Positions 13,929-26,402 are shown, counted from the stretch's first letter. The stretch is 64,000 nt of DNA from Eledone cirrhosa (GCA_964016885.1 OZ024747.1:12896001-12960000), one strand, 5' to 3'. Numbers and translations: made by a program. The notes: generated by a model not told the origin, from the letters alone.

Positions 13929-16244
13929 TATATATAGTATTTATTTTGTATGCATTCTATTGAAATAAATATCCTTTGCACTTATGTACTTCTAATTATG
14001 TCAATAAGTGTTAGTAGTGGGGTGGGGGCTACCTAAATTTCACATTATCACCCCCTTTAAAATATAAAGTTTGTATGCAAAAACTATTTTATGTATGAGT
14101 GTATATTCACACATAGAATTTGCATAGAAACGTCATATTTTAAAGGGGAAATAATGTTGATAGTGAAATTTAGGAATTCCACCCACTGCCAAGCTTTATT
14201 GACATATTTAAATATGACTCTTACATAATTATGTTTATTACAGTATACATAGGGCCATATTTTCCAATGTCCTTTCATTACCATATTTCTCATAATTTTC
14301 AATAAATTTTGAAACTAATCAATAATTTAGAAAGATTTAGTAATATAGCTTAACTTTCTCATTATTAAGTCGATGTTTGGAATATTACAACTGTTCTTAT
14401 ATTGAATTATGATGGAAGGACTTTAGATGAATAATAAATATTGTTGTATTGTTGAACTAGTGACGATTCAAGGTGGTTTGGTATTTAAAATGGTTAAAAT
14501 TGTAAGCTGTGATTTGAGGGAGAATTTTGCTGCTAGTCCAGCAGGTCGAGGGATCTTATATTGACTTGTTTTCTTCACTCCTCTTGTTACCATATTTCTA
14601 ATAAAAGATACTCCCTATAATTTTTCAAATAATTTTGAAAATAACCAAGATTTTGGATGGATTTAATAAAATATACAACTTATTATTGATGGTGATAGGA
14701 ACATAACTTAACAAATTATAGTGGAAGGTTTTTATACACAAATTTAAACACTTTAAACTGAAAAGGTTAGTATCACTGATACCAAACTGCTTGAAACTAG
14801 CCCTGGTTTTATGTTATGAAAGTATGTAGTCTTTATAGAAAAGGAAGAGTTAAGTGTCTGTAGTTTGTATTCTATTGAATAGGCTGTGTCTCTGGCTACC
14901 AACTATCTATATGTAGTACCATAGTGTCAAATGGCTTAATACAGTAAATTTTGGCAGCACTATATAACTATATAACTGATAGGGGTCTTATTAAACACAC
15001 CCAGTACACATTGTAAAGTGGTTGGCATTAGGAAGAGAATCCAGCCATAGAAAGCTTGCTAAACAAAGCATTTGGAGGATCCTTCAGTTCTGGCAAGGGC
15101 ATGACAAGACAGTGTTAGTGATCTACACGTTAAAAGAAAAGTACATGCTGTAAAGTGGTTGGTGTTAGGAAGAGGATCCAGCCATAGAAAATGTGCCAAA
15201 CAAAAGGTTAGGAGGACTCCCCTCAGTTATGTCAAAGACATGACAATCTCTTGTGCTGGTGCATGATAAAATATATTTGGTAGAAGGTAGAACCATATGT
15301 AAGCGAGATGTGAACACAAAGCCTGTCTGGGAGGTCAGTGGTCTCGCTTCAGTATCGACTCGGTCTGGTGAGGACCGGTCCAAACCTTGCTAGCAGGGAA
15401 AGTGATGATGAAATTAACTTTTATTGAGCAGGATTACATTATCTAATGTGGGTTTTTTTTTAAGTCGGTAGATTTGCCTGTTGTTTCTAACTGAACGTGA
15501 ACGTGTTACTGCACAGAGGCCACTTTATTGAAATTTAATATGAATGTATTGCTGTGGAGAATATTGATAGCAATGCATTTTCACAAAGAAAGAAAAATGG
15601 ATATTCCAATAAATTTTATCAAGGGGAATAACCTTGCTCTATATAAAGGGAAATAATTTGTCAAACTAGTTAAGTGAAGATTTGAATTTATTTATAAACA
15701 CGTCTTGTATATTAATTTTGACAACAAAATTATGAATAAAATAAAACACACACACACACACGCTCTCTCTCTCTTTTTTTCTCTCTCTCCACACACACAC
15801 ACACACACACACACATACATATATATAAAAAGTATTATTGAAAAAATAAAAAACACCCCGTTTCATAAAAAAACAGGGGAGCTAACTTATCATTGCTATT
15901 TCTTAATACGAACGTAAAATACATTATTACCTTTATGATATTAAGCCAGACACACTCGAATGTTCTACCAAACATCACTATCTGTAAGGTTTTCTTCATA
16001 ACATCCACATATCTCAAATATTATCAGAAGTACATCCAAAATATTTGGCTTTCTCTTCAGGGATACTAAATTCTTGAGCTGCTCACCCTGTACACTATTC
16101 ATTAGAGTAATAGGACCTGCATCGGTTTCAACGATGAGTGCTCTAGTTGTTTGATTTATGGTTTAGTCTGCTCATGAAATTAACGAGTAAGTGGCAGAAT
16201 ATTTCACAGACACGTGTACCCTTAATGTAATTCTCAGGGAGATT

Positions 16245-16851
16245 CAGCTTGGTACAGTGTAGGAAAATACTGGCCTTTTGTATTACAGGTACAACTTGAC
16301 ACAGTGTATGATAATACTGGCCTTTTGTATTACAGGTACAGCTTGACACAGTGTCTGATAATACTGGCCTTTTGTATTACAGGTACAGCTTGACACAGTG
16401 TATGATATTGTTGGCCTTTTGTATTACAGGTACAGCTTGACACAGTGTATGATATTGTTGGCCTTTTGTATTACAGGTACAGCTTGACACAGTGTATGAT
16501 ATTGTTGGCCATGTGTATTACAGGTACAGCTTGACACAGTGTATGATAATGTTGGCCTTTTGTATTATAGGTACAGCTTGACACAGTGTATGATATTGTT
16601 GGCCTTTTGTATTACAGGTACAGCTTGACACAGTGTATGATATTGTTGGCCATGTGTATTACAGGTACAGCTTGACACAGTGTATGATATTGTTGGCCTT
16701 TTGTATTACAGGTACAGCTTGACACTGTATGATATTAGCCTTTTGTATTATAGGTACAGCTTGACACAGTGTATGATATTGTTGGCCATGTGTATTACAG
16801 GTACAGCTTGACACAGTGTATGATAATATTGGCCTTTTGTATTACAGGTAT
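16245..16851. repeat. 47-bp minisatellite (~13 copies) derived from a SINE segment
   Basis: Unit ggccttttgtattacaggtacagcttgacacagtgtatgatattgtt with period 47 (GG at 16272, 16319, 16366, 16413). Continuous with a minus-strand SINE remnant at 16120-16260. Confidence 0.9.
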
Positions 16852-17104
16852 AGTCCACCTGACAGACTTCTAAACAATTTCTGTCTACCCAATTTCACTC
16901 ACAAACCATAAGTTGACTCAAGGTTATAAGTAGCATTACCAAATGATTGTTTAACCATTTGGTTATTTTTGGGAATAGGATTTTGTGTGTGTGTGTGTGT
17001 GACAGCTCACACCTATACAGGTTTAGCTGGCCTCCTCCAAGGTGTATCTCGTTGGAGGTGTCTTAGGTAATTTAATGATAGGTACCCCAGTCCTATCATC
17101 TCAT

Positions 17105-17243
17105 TTCTACAGCTGAGTAAACTGGAGCAACGTGAAATAAAGTGTCTTGCTCAAGGAAACAACACATCGCCCAGTCCGAGAATTGAACTCACAACCTTTC
17201 GATTGCAAGCCCAATGCTCTAACCACTAAGCCATGTGCCTTCA
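17105..17243 (-). mobile_element. CORE-like tRNA SINE (family B), 5' part
   Basis: Reverse complement: tgaaggcacatggcttagtggttagag...gagttcaattctcgg...ccttgagcaagacacttt (CORE-like motif). Another copy at ~9005-9120. Confidence 0.7.
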
Positions 17244-18454
17244 CTAATAGGATTTTACTGCTGGAAAAACACAAACACTTTACATTACATCTTAAATAAA
17301 CAAATAATTATTCCAGCCGATGGACAAAGATTCCCTCTTCATCATGCTACTATTACTAGCTGATAGATGTACTACTCTCTGTCCCTTCTACAACCTCTGC
17401 TCTTTTGAAGTCCCCCTCCACACACAAGCAATCGTATATCATTATGATTATCACTTTGTTTTTGATGTTAGTATGGGTTGGTTATGTCTGGTGTGTACTA
17501 AAGTGGTTCTCTTAAAATAGTCCTGTTAAAGTAGTTTCATGTAATCTATTTACTACACACACACACACAAACGCATATTACAAATAATGGAGCTTGAGCA
17601 AGGTTTTTCACTACTTGTATTTCTCCCTTATATTTTTTCTACTCATCCATGCAGAAACGTGTTAAAACAATAAAAATGTCTTTACTTTTTCATCATGGCT
17701 GTTTGTCGATTACACCCACACACATACACACACTCTATCTCTCTGATGAATGCACACTCACTCACACATGCACATACACAAGCACATCCACAAACACACA
17801 TGAATGCAGAGAGAGAGTGCTTTGTGGTTAAGAAATTCACTTTGTAACCATAGGGGCAAGTGTCTTTCACTTTAGCCCCTGGGTTGATCAATACCTTGTG
17901 GATGTATTTGGTAGATAGAGACTGCACAGAAGCTCATCATATATGTGTACATCCCCCCCACATGTAAATGAAACTCTAATGAAGCCTATCATGTGTTAAA
18001 CCAGACTCAAAGTAATATATGCAAAGCTGCTTCATTTTTCACTTGTGATTCCACTAGACAAAGTATGTGTATGTGTATGTGTGGAAGTGTTTCTGTTGGT
18101 GTTGCTAAACGAGCCATTAAAGTCACATTTGGTACTAAAAAAAACAAAAAATCTATATTATTTCTTCTAGTAGGTCTATATGTCTGTATGAAATATTCAT
18201 GTTCTTTTTTATGATATTTATAGAGATATTTCAGTGTTTCTCTGAGGTGGGGGTATGATGTTAAAAATATATGACTTAAATTAAAGTGAGTAAAACCAAA
18301 AAACAGTCCTAATAAAGTGACTTTTTGTCCTCAAAGGTGCAGAAATGGGAAGAATTAAAAGTTACTTCTATGCTGCAATGATATGTACATGAAGTAGAAA
18401 ATGTTCCACACTAAAATTTAAATTCAAAGGAGTTGAAATAATAATAATAATAAT

Positions 18455-18940
18455 AATGGTTTCTGATTTAGGCACAAGGCCAGCAATTTTGGGGGAGGGG
18501 AAAGTCGATTAAATTGACCCCAGTGCATTATTGGTATTTTATTTTATCGACCCCGTAAGGATGAAAGGCAAAGCTAACCTTGATGGAATTTGAACTTAAT
18601 AATAATTGTTTCTACTTTTGGCACAAGGCCAGCAATTAACCCCGTGTATTACTGGTACTTTATTTTATCGACCCCCGAAAGGATGAAAGGTAAAGTTAAC
18701 CTCGGCGGGATTTGAACTCAGAATGGAAAGGGCTGTAACTCTATGCGTCAAAGCATGGCGTCCAACCCTCTACCGATACTGCCAATCCTATAATAATAAT
18801 AATTGTTTCTACTTTTGGCACAAGGCCAGCTATTATCCCAGTGCATCACTGGTACTTTATTTTATCAACTTCGTAAGGATGAAAGGCAAAGTTAACCTAG
18901 GCGGGATTTGAACTCAGACCGTAAAGGGCCGTAACTCTGC
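18455..18940 (-). mobile_element. Three tandem family A SINE copies or fragments separated by (TAA)n
   Basis: Core ctggtactttattttatcgacccc..aaggatgaaaggcaaagttaacctcgg repeated three times, each starting after aataataat. Confidence 0.8.
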
Positions 18941-19205
18941 ACAGCCTGCTTCTGCACAGTGGTGGTCTTTTCTCATCTCCTCCATGAGATTCAGAGACTT
19001 AGGATCAGCTCTCAACACCTCTACCTATGTCTTCTTTGGTCTTCATCTATTGTAGCCTCTTTCAACTGAAATTGTCATCCATATGATGCATAACATATTC
19101 ATACCAGCGAAGTCTTCTTTCCTTGTACACTTCTTCATAAATAATATTTTTCAACCTTTTTTTTTTTTTGCAAAATCTCAATTTTGTTTTCCTATTTATT
19201 TCTAG

Positions 19206-19418
19206 TGAGTTGAAAAATGAAATCCAGGACATTCGTAGGAAAGGAATTCTACGAGATGGGGATGATTTATCTCGGTTGTGTGCCCGTTGTCATTCTCAAT
19301 TGGGTGTCATTTTTAACAAGGGAGAGGTATGTCCAAACTGTCGTTTCAAGATGTGCAAGGACTGCCGTGTTGCTCTCTTCAGTGGTGGATGGACATGTAT
19401 CTACTGTTTCAAACAAAT
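19206..19418 (+). CDS. Internal coding exon of a synaptotagmin-like protein (Slp/SYTL4-5/exophilin family): Slp-homology domain zinc-finger part
   Basis: Polypyrimidine tract then TCTAG| acceptor (AG 19204-19205) and AT|GTAAGC donor (GT 19419-19420). Encodes ELKNEIQDIRRKGILRDGDDLSRLCARCHSQLGVIFNKGEVCPNCRFKMCKDCRVALFSGGWTCIYCFKQ: four CxxC pairs with WxCxxC, the FYVE-related Zn finger of Rab27/Rab3 effector domains (rabphilin/Slp/MyRIP). Phase 2 at both ends. Confidence 0.9.
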
Positions 19419-22400
19419 GTAAGCATTTCATTATACATTCTGATTTTCTTTCTTCATCTATTGATGGTTATGGTTGTCTTTATTCTCTATTTCTATTCTC
19501 TTTGCTATCTGATGTAACTTGCTTTCAGGATGACTATAGTAAATGACAGCATAATAAGATTTGTATAAACAGAAACCCAGTAAAAGATGGCAAGCAATCA
19601 GTTGACTATGATGTGATATATGAATAATACATATTTTATGAGAAGCTTGTATTCATATAAACTAAAATGTCTCTTGAGAATTAGAACAATAACCTGTTAC
19701 TTATGAGTGAGCAGATGCATGTAAAATGAAGTAATAAAAATTTATAAAGTCTGATTATAAAGTCTATGTGAGGTAATGATTGTTTAGGGTGAAATAATTC
19801 TCCTGAGTTTGACCCAGATATTCTAGATGAAACTATTTCTTGTTTGCTGGTTTAAATCTATAGATTAACTGCTCACAACAGACAAATAATATCTGCATGA
19901 GTAATATGATTTACCTGGGTGTGAAGTTCATCTAAGTGCAAATTAGTCCAATACTGGAAAGACGAAATCAGATGTTTTTTCCAACAACTGCGTATTTAAT
20001 TAAATAATTTGCTTCTCTGATGACATAAGTAATTTTAACCAAGAACTTGGGACTTTAATATCACCACTGTCCACATCGGTTTGTCGTAATATCAAATTAA
20101 TTTTGTTATCCAAGTGAAATATTGATAAATATATTTACTATTGATAAATGTATTTATTATTTATGAACTGTATTGATCCTTCTATTGATTGGACAATGAC
20201 AAATGTAGCTTTAATCTTTTGATGTACAAAACCATAGAAAAAGGTTTCTAAAGTTGGTTTATTAATAGCAGTGAGAGCGGCTGTATTGTTTATTCAGTTG
20301 GCTATTTGAATTTTATACTTTGCCAATTAATAGTTAACCTGTAAAAGTTAAAGACAAGCTATGAGCTTCTATTGATATCGTTAACATGAATCTGTAACTC
20401 TTGATGAAGTCGTATGGAGTGCCATAGTAATATATAGTGTTTCTTAAACATTCTAAACCTGGCAGAGTCCGTCTCCTCTCCAGGTATGAACATAGCCAAT
20501 TTCTTTCAGACAGTGAAAAAGAGGAAGTGAGGTAGAGACATAGAGGAAGGATCAACCATAGTATTGGACTGCTACTTTTTCTATTGACTTCAAAAGGATG
20601 AAAGGCAAAGTTGACCTTGGTAGGACTTGAACTCAGAGCACAGAGAACCAGAGCAAATACCAAAAAGCATTCTATCTTCTGATGTTCTAACAACTTTGCC
20701 AATTTGCTACCCTTTGTATTGATATGTATGTTTGGACCTGTAACTCCTGAAGGAGTCGTAAGAGTGCCATATTGAAATATGGCATTTCTAGGGCATTTTA
20801 AAACCTGGCGGAGCCCATCTCCCCTCTAGGTTTGAATACACCAGATATTTTCCAGAGAGGGATAGTGTGTGTAAGAAAGAGATATAGAGGTAGAATTTAC
20901 CTTAAATGGGTGAAAGGCAAAGTTGACCTTGGTGCGATTTGAATTGAGAGAGCACATTAGTTTTTGTCACTCAATCTCAAAAGCTATTTAGAGAACACAC
21001 CCTTTTGTTATTATTGTGATTTATTCAAATGTAGTTCAATAGTAGTTCAGTAAATTTTAATTTATAGGAACTAAATGTCAAGTAAAATTTATTCTATGCT
21101 GTGACAGGCTGGAAAAAAAAAGAAGCAAAAGATGAAGTGAAATATTACACTGAAGGCTGGAATAATATTGTTTTGGAACAGGTTATTTTCCTTTATTAAA
21201 AAAAAAAAAAAATTAAAGATTAAAAATTTTAAAGAAATTTTAAATTATCCTGCAGTAAATAAACAAACACTGGAAGGCAGAAAATTTCAGTGTATAAATT
21301 CACAAGATTAGAATAAAAAAAAATATTAGAAGTAAAAATCTGTCTAGATGTGATAATCAAATATATAAGCCATTGCTAATATTTTGTGGTGTTTCTAGAA
21401 AGATCATTTTGTTCTACATTACCTCAGTTTATTTATCTGTCAATGTATGTATATATATGGACCTCTAACTCCCGATGGAGTCATAGAGGTGCTGTTGTGA
21501 CATGTCTTGGGGACTTTAAACTTGGCAAAGCCCCGCTCTTCTCCAGATCTGAATAAGCTGATTCCTTCAAGATAAAGAGAGTGTGTGTGTCTGTGAAAGA
21601 GATATAGTTAAAGAATTGACCCCAGTACTGGATTAATACTTTTTTTATCGACCTTGGCTGGATCTGGATTTAACTGAAATGAATTCTATCCAATGTTTAA
21701 CAACCCTGCCAATTTGCTGTCCTCTTAGCTATCATTTATATGTACCAATTCACTTAAGAAAGTTGTCTGTGGTAGACAGGCATCTTAGACAAAGCTAAAA
21801 ATTCAAAGCTAATCAGTGTTTCTCAACCCTTTCTTTCACAAGGAGACTGGAGATATTTTGGTTTCGACAATGTTTTTACTGAGCGAAAGATGGTCACTTT
21901 GTATGAACTGAGCTAGACTTGGTCACTTGACCAGTCTAGCCTTAGAATGTGACAGCCTGTCTAATCCATACAAGCATGGAAAATAGACATTAAATGGTAA
22001 TGATGATGATGATATATGAAAGGAGAAAAAAATATTTCTTTAAATGATTTTCATTAAGTATAGCATAGTCATTTTAAATAACTTGTTTACTTAAGAAACT
22101 TTGAAAATATTGGAAATGTTTGTGTCTGAATACTAATGGCTATAGTAATAGTTAATCTAGTCACTCACTTTAAATAATAGTTAAGAATAATTGAGTAAAG
22201 TAATACTGAAGAAAGAAGAAGGTGCACAGAATTGCAGTCACCTCTGTCTTCATTTACTGTTAATTCACACCATTTGAAATAACTAACCTGTTTTTTATAC
22301 ATATATTCTGCTAAATCATTACAAGAGGTTAAGAGTTAAAGCTTACAATTTATAATAGCTGACGCACTTCACATGCATTATACTATCTTTATTTATTAAA

Positions 22401-22751
22401 TCGTCCTACATTAGTGTGTCATTGAGAGGAGTGGGTCACTTTAACACTATAGAAAGATATTAACAGAGCAGATTTTTATCTCTTTAGAAATACTTTCATG
22501 CGTAAATCTTGTGCATGCTATTCAAACACATGCGCTCAGGGTTGGGTCACAATAACACCCACCTGGAGATTCACCTGAGTGGAAGCTAAGGTTATATATA
22601 TATATATATATATATATTCTTATATAGTCTTGCTAGCAGAGAAAATGGACATAAAGGATGATGATGATGATGATGATGAAGTGTGTGTGTAACCAGATGG
22701 ACCATAACGCACCAGAGTACTTGATACTTGGGGTAGTAGAGTGGGTAATAT

Positions 22752-22829
22752 AAAAAGATTCGGGACTCCGAGTTTGGATCTAGCTGTTGAAATGGCTGGA
22801 GTTCAGCCATCGGAGTCCTGAATCTTTTC
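22752..22829 (+). mobile_element. PLE pseudo-LTR remnant with 19-bp inverted terminal copy and HHR 3' half
   Basis: aaaagattcgggactccga ... tcggagtcctgaatctttt inverted ends; GAAA-TGGCTGGA-gt-TCAGCCA-TC stem III. Same family as 11825-11877, 24979-25092 and 29181-29240. Confidence 0.6.
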
Positions 22830-22861
<32 letters not shown>

Positions 22862-22865
<4 letters not shown>

Positions 22866-23060
22866 TTAATATAGATGAGATTCTACAGGACTAGAACTGT
22901 TTCATTCTTTAGAAATCATCAGGAATCAGATTCCTGATGATTTCTAAAGAATGAGACAGTTCTAGTCCTGTAGAATCTCATCTATATTAAAACTTTTATA
23001 CTCTGCAATGTATTGAGTACCTTACTTACTGTGGTTACCTCCGATTCAACCCGGAATAAC

Positions 23061-23061
<1 letters not shown>
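22862..23061. mobile_element. Fold-back PLE pseudo-LTR remnant (66-bp arms, 1-nt loop) plus unpaired tail, embedded in (TA)n
   Basis: 22862-22927 is the reverse complement of 22929-22994 with a single mismatch. Tail 22995-23061. Homologous fold-back at 49026-49240. Confidence 0.85.
22879..22927 (-). ncRNA. Hammerhead ribozyme (type I, PLE-type), intact core
   Basis: Minus strand: gattc CTGATGA tTTCT aa AGAAt GAAA CAG ttctagtc CTG TA gaatc. Stem I gattc/gaatc, GUA cleavage triplet. The + strand twin at 22929-22977 has GAGA instead of GAAA. Confidence 0.8.
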
Positions 23062-23103
<42 letters not shown>

Positions 23104-23105
<2 letters not shown>

Positions 23106-23506
23106 ATATAAAATCAAAAGATGGTTAAAAGAGTTCCATGTATTTTATTATGCGCATTTCAAAAACAAATATCATGGGATGATATTTGCGTTCTCATCAG
23201 ATAAAATAGGAAGAGATATGAAGCTTAAAAAACACTTGCGAGCAGTGAAGTGTTATTCATGTTTATTTAACACTTCACTGCTCGCAAGTGTTTTTTAAGC
23301 TTCATATCATCTCTCCCTATTTTATCTGATGAGAACGCAAATATCATCCCATGATATTTGTTTTTAAAATGCGCATAATAAAATACATGGAACTCTTTTA
23401 ACCATCTTTTGATTTTATATTATTTATACTCCATTCCTATAAACTGTTGAGTACTACTTATCCGATATTTGCATTGCTTTATTGTGCCTCAATAAAACTC
23501 ACCTCC

Positions 23507-23510
<4 letters not shown>
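23104..23510. mobile_element. Fold-back PLE pseudo-LTR remnant (~150-bp arms) plus tail, in (TA)n
   Basis: Arms ~23104-23255 and ~23268-23422 are reverse complements with a few mismatches and indels. Unpaired tail to ~23510. Confidence 0.85.
23141..23208 (-). ncRNA. Hammerhead ribozyme with palindromic stem III (UGCGCA), intact core
   Basis: Minus strand: tattttat CTGATGA gaac gcaaatatcat ccc atgatatttg ttttt GAAA TGCGCA TA ataaaata, with an 8-bp stem I. The + strand twin at 23318-23385 has AAAA instead of GAAA. Confidence 0.85.
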
Positions 23511-23547
<37 letters not shown>

Positions 23548-23733
23548 TGCAGTAAAGCTAGACGAAATTCAAACATCTGGCTCATTATAATATATATACA
23601 TATGTTAGGTGTGTAACTATAGTTACAGGCAGCATGCTGTTCAAAGCATTCAATGTTGTTATGAGGCACATCTTGAATGGGTTGTAGTCCAGAGATAAGG
23701 CAGCTGTAGTGTGCATAGTGGAAACAGATGAAG

Positions 23734-23836
23734 TAGAATCAAAGTTAGTGTTGCAGCATATGTACAAACTTTATTGGCATATTACAATTGTTTCGATAAA
23801 GTTTGTATATACTCCGCAACACTGACTTGGATTCTA
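23734..23836. repeat. Imperfect fold-back with an HHR 3' half in its loop
   Basis: tagaatcaaagttagtgttgc...tacaaactttatt pairs with gataaagtttgta...gcaacactgacttggattcta. The loop contains tacaattgtttc, which is GAAAC-AATT-GTA on the minus strand. Confidence 0.6.
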
Positions 23837-24067
23837 TTTAATCTCTCTCTCTAATGGGACAACCCGTCTAACCCATGCTAGCGTGGAAAATGGACATTAA
23901 ACAAGGATGATATATATATATATATAGGCAGATCTCACACAATGCAGCCTCGACAGATGGGTACTGCTTGATTATGGCTGACAGCTGATGAAACTAAGGC
24001 ACAATAGTAAAAACTAATATATGCAACATTATATTATGTAACATTATTTTAATTTATATTCCTTTGA

Positions 24068-24188
24068 GTTCCGATGAGCCACTCTGTTTTTTTAAATATG
24101 TTAATTATTTTCAACTGAACCAGATCAATTATGATATATAGTCATCTGATCCAGAAATATTATACGGAGTACCGAAACAATTGTAAAC
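24068..24188 (+). ncRNA. Hammerhead-like motif, U4C core variant, long stem II
   Basis: gtt CCGATGA g cc ACTCTG ...~75 nt... CGGAGT ac c GAAAC AATT GTA aac. Palindromic stem III, only a 3-bp stem I. Confidence 0.5.
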
Positions 24189-24206
24189 GGGCATTATTAT
24201 TATTAA

Positions 24207-24244
<38 letters not shown>

Positions 24245-24993
24245 TCTACATTCCTTACATCAAACTAAATATGTTGACAATCTTTTAATAATGTCTTCCT
24301 TGTGAAATTTGTGGGCTTGTTTTGCTTAACTAATGAATATATATATATATAAAGTTATGTTGGTACCACAGAACATCCAATCCACACTTTAAAGTGGTCA
24401 CGTAGGAGACACGGTAAAAAGGCTCCCAGTCCACACTGTAAATGTGGTTGGCATTAGGAAGGGCATCCAGCCATAGAAAACCAGCCAGAAACGGTTGTAT
24501 ACGTGTGAGACACGGTCACCAGACTCATCTTGCCTCAAGTGAGACAAATCTGTCTAATACATCCTAGCATGGAAGATGGATGTTAAACGATAATAATGAT
24601 GATAATGATGATATATATATATACACACACACACACATATATATGTATATATAAAATGTAATATGCTCAGGTGCAGAAAATGACTGTAAGTACTGCCAGT
24701 TGTTGCTATGAAATAGAGTAAAGATCCTTAGAGACTGAAAAAGAGTTGTTAATGGCTACTGGCATCTTTCTGTGCTTGAACATACTAGACTTTATAAACT
24801 TTATTCTCTCAGGGCTTCATAAGTTTAAAAGTTTGAGCTCACATACAATGTTTGTTTATATATATATATATATATATATAGTAATAATAAATTTCAGAAG
24901 ATCCCATTAAGGGTGAAAGTAGCGATTCTTTGCTTAAACTTTAATCTGTTTTTATAATAAATAAATAAATATATATATAGGAAAAGGTTCAGG

Positions 24994-25088
24994 ACCCCGA
25001 CGGCAGAGCTCAAGCCGTTTCGACGGCTATTTCTGGACTAAATTAGATTTTTAGCGTGGTAATGATATAGCCAAACTTTTCAAGGGGT
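24994..25088 (-). ncRNA. Hammerhead ribozyme with U3-A8 core covariation
   Basis: Minus strand: acccc TTGAAAA gttt GGCTAT ... ATAGCC gtc GAAA CGGC ttgagctct GCCG TC ggggt. Stems I, II and III are all paired; GUC cleavage triplet. Confidence 0.75.
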
Positions 25089-25134
25089 AATTCCATATAT
25101 GGGCATGCGATAATCCTGCATTTCTGAAGGTTGT

Positions 25135-25252
25135 AGGTGTCATGGTGGAGATGACGAAGGACCGTGACAAGTGGAGAGATGCTGTGCTGAATAGGATCTG
25201 TCCCACCCTTGCAAGCAGGGAAAAGCGGACGTAAAATGATGATGATGATGAT
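25135..25252 (+). mobile_element. RTE LINE extreme 3' end (short-UTR family)
   Basis: Encodes [30 protein letters not shown] followed by (GAT)n. Shorter tail copies at ~50874-50927(-) and ~55725-55780(+). Confidence 0.75.
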
Positions 25253-25335
25253 CAAAGGTATATTTTGAGTTAGAAACTCAAAATAGTCTCTTACAATTAA
25301 ATAGCCCAAGGAAAGACATTTTTCCAGGCCGTGTA

Positions 25336-25473
25336 ATATAATTGAATATAAAAGAGAGATAAACACAGATATATACATATATGTGTTCAAATCGTAAGGG
25401 AATCTGGTCCATTACGATTTGAACACATATATGTATATATCTGTGTTTATCTTTCTTTTATATTCAATTATAT
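25336..25473. repeat. Fold-back, ~62-bp arms with 14-nt spacer, abutting (TA)n
   Basis: atataattgaatataaaagagagataaacacagat...gttcaaatcgtaa pairs with ttacgatttgaac...atctgtgtttatctttcttttatattcaattatat (1 mismatch). Confidence 0.85.
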
Positions 25474-26062
25474 ATATATATATATGTGTGTGTATGTATA
25501 AACTTAGGGAAAACAACAAATGAAAACAAGGCAAAACGAAAAACAATTTTTTGAAGGCAAAACTATAAAAAATTATTTTTTGAAAATAAAAATATAAACG
25601 AAAGACAAAGAGTTCGTGTCTTCGGCCACCAAGATGGACTTTCGGAAGTTTTGACCCTTACTAATGGTACTGCTGGTTCACCCAGGGTCACAACGTCCGA
25701 CACAAGTCAAAACACTGTCCATAGAGTAAGAGTCAAGATAAAACAATAATTCATAGCAATTAAGCCATAAAAATACATATGGAATTTTATGTGACGTCAG
25801 GGAGAAAGAATTGTGTTTTCACGACAGTCTCATGAGATGAAAAGAAAACAAAAGTAAATTAAGAAAAAAAAAGAAAAAAGGCCAGGTGTGTGGATGTGTC
25901 TGTGTTTATATCATTGAACTTAGTGGTTAAAAAAAAAAAATCAATATAAGTACTAGATGTGAAAAAATATGTACTTATATGCATACATATATATATATAC
26001 ATGCATATATATATGTATATATTTATATATATATATATATATACATATATATAAATATATAC

Positions 26063-26097
<35 letters not shown>

Positions 26098-26123
26098 TGT
26101 TTATATTTATATATATATATATA

Positions 26124-26402
26124 TCATCATCACCGTTTTACGTCCGTTCTTCCGCGCTAGCATGGGTTAGACGGGTTGTCCTGTTGTGGGCAGTGTCTGG
26201 TCGGCTGACCATGCCTTGCTTATACAGGAACTGATCTGGCTTGATTTCTACAGCTGGATGCCCTTCCTAACACCAACCTCATTTACAGTGAGTGCTGGGT
26301 GCTTTTTTATGGCGTCTACACGTCCACTTTACAGTGTGGGCTGGGTGCTTTTTTGCCGTGGCACCTCCACGACCACCTTACGGTAGGGGGTGTGGGGGCA
26401 TG
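26124..26402 (-). mobile_element. RTE-tail repeat, young copy
   Basis: Near-identical reverse complement of 57530-57810. Related copy at 49400-49740(-). Confidence 0.8.

Noticed and set aside
1305-16851. Regularly spaced repeats (1305-1770, 9583-11122, 16245-16851) as possible CRISPR arrays
   Set aside because: Head-to-tail units with no unique spacers, no cas genes and a eukaryotic context.
1-19205. Upstream SHD1 exon (helix preceding the zinc finger) of the Slp gene
   Set aside because: No convincing phase-2 exon with the expected LSxLTEEE/ILxVLxRD motif was found by eye; it probably lies upstream of the window.
23982-24025. CTGATGA-a-ACTA...TAGT-AAAAAC as another hammerhead
   Set aside because: GAAA is mutated and there is no convincing stem I or III; at most a decayed remnant.
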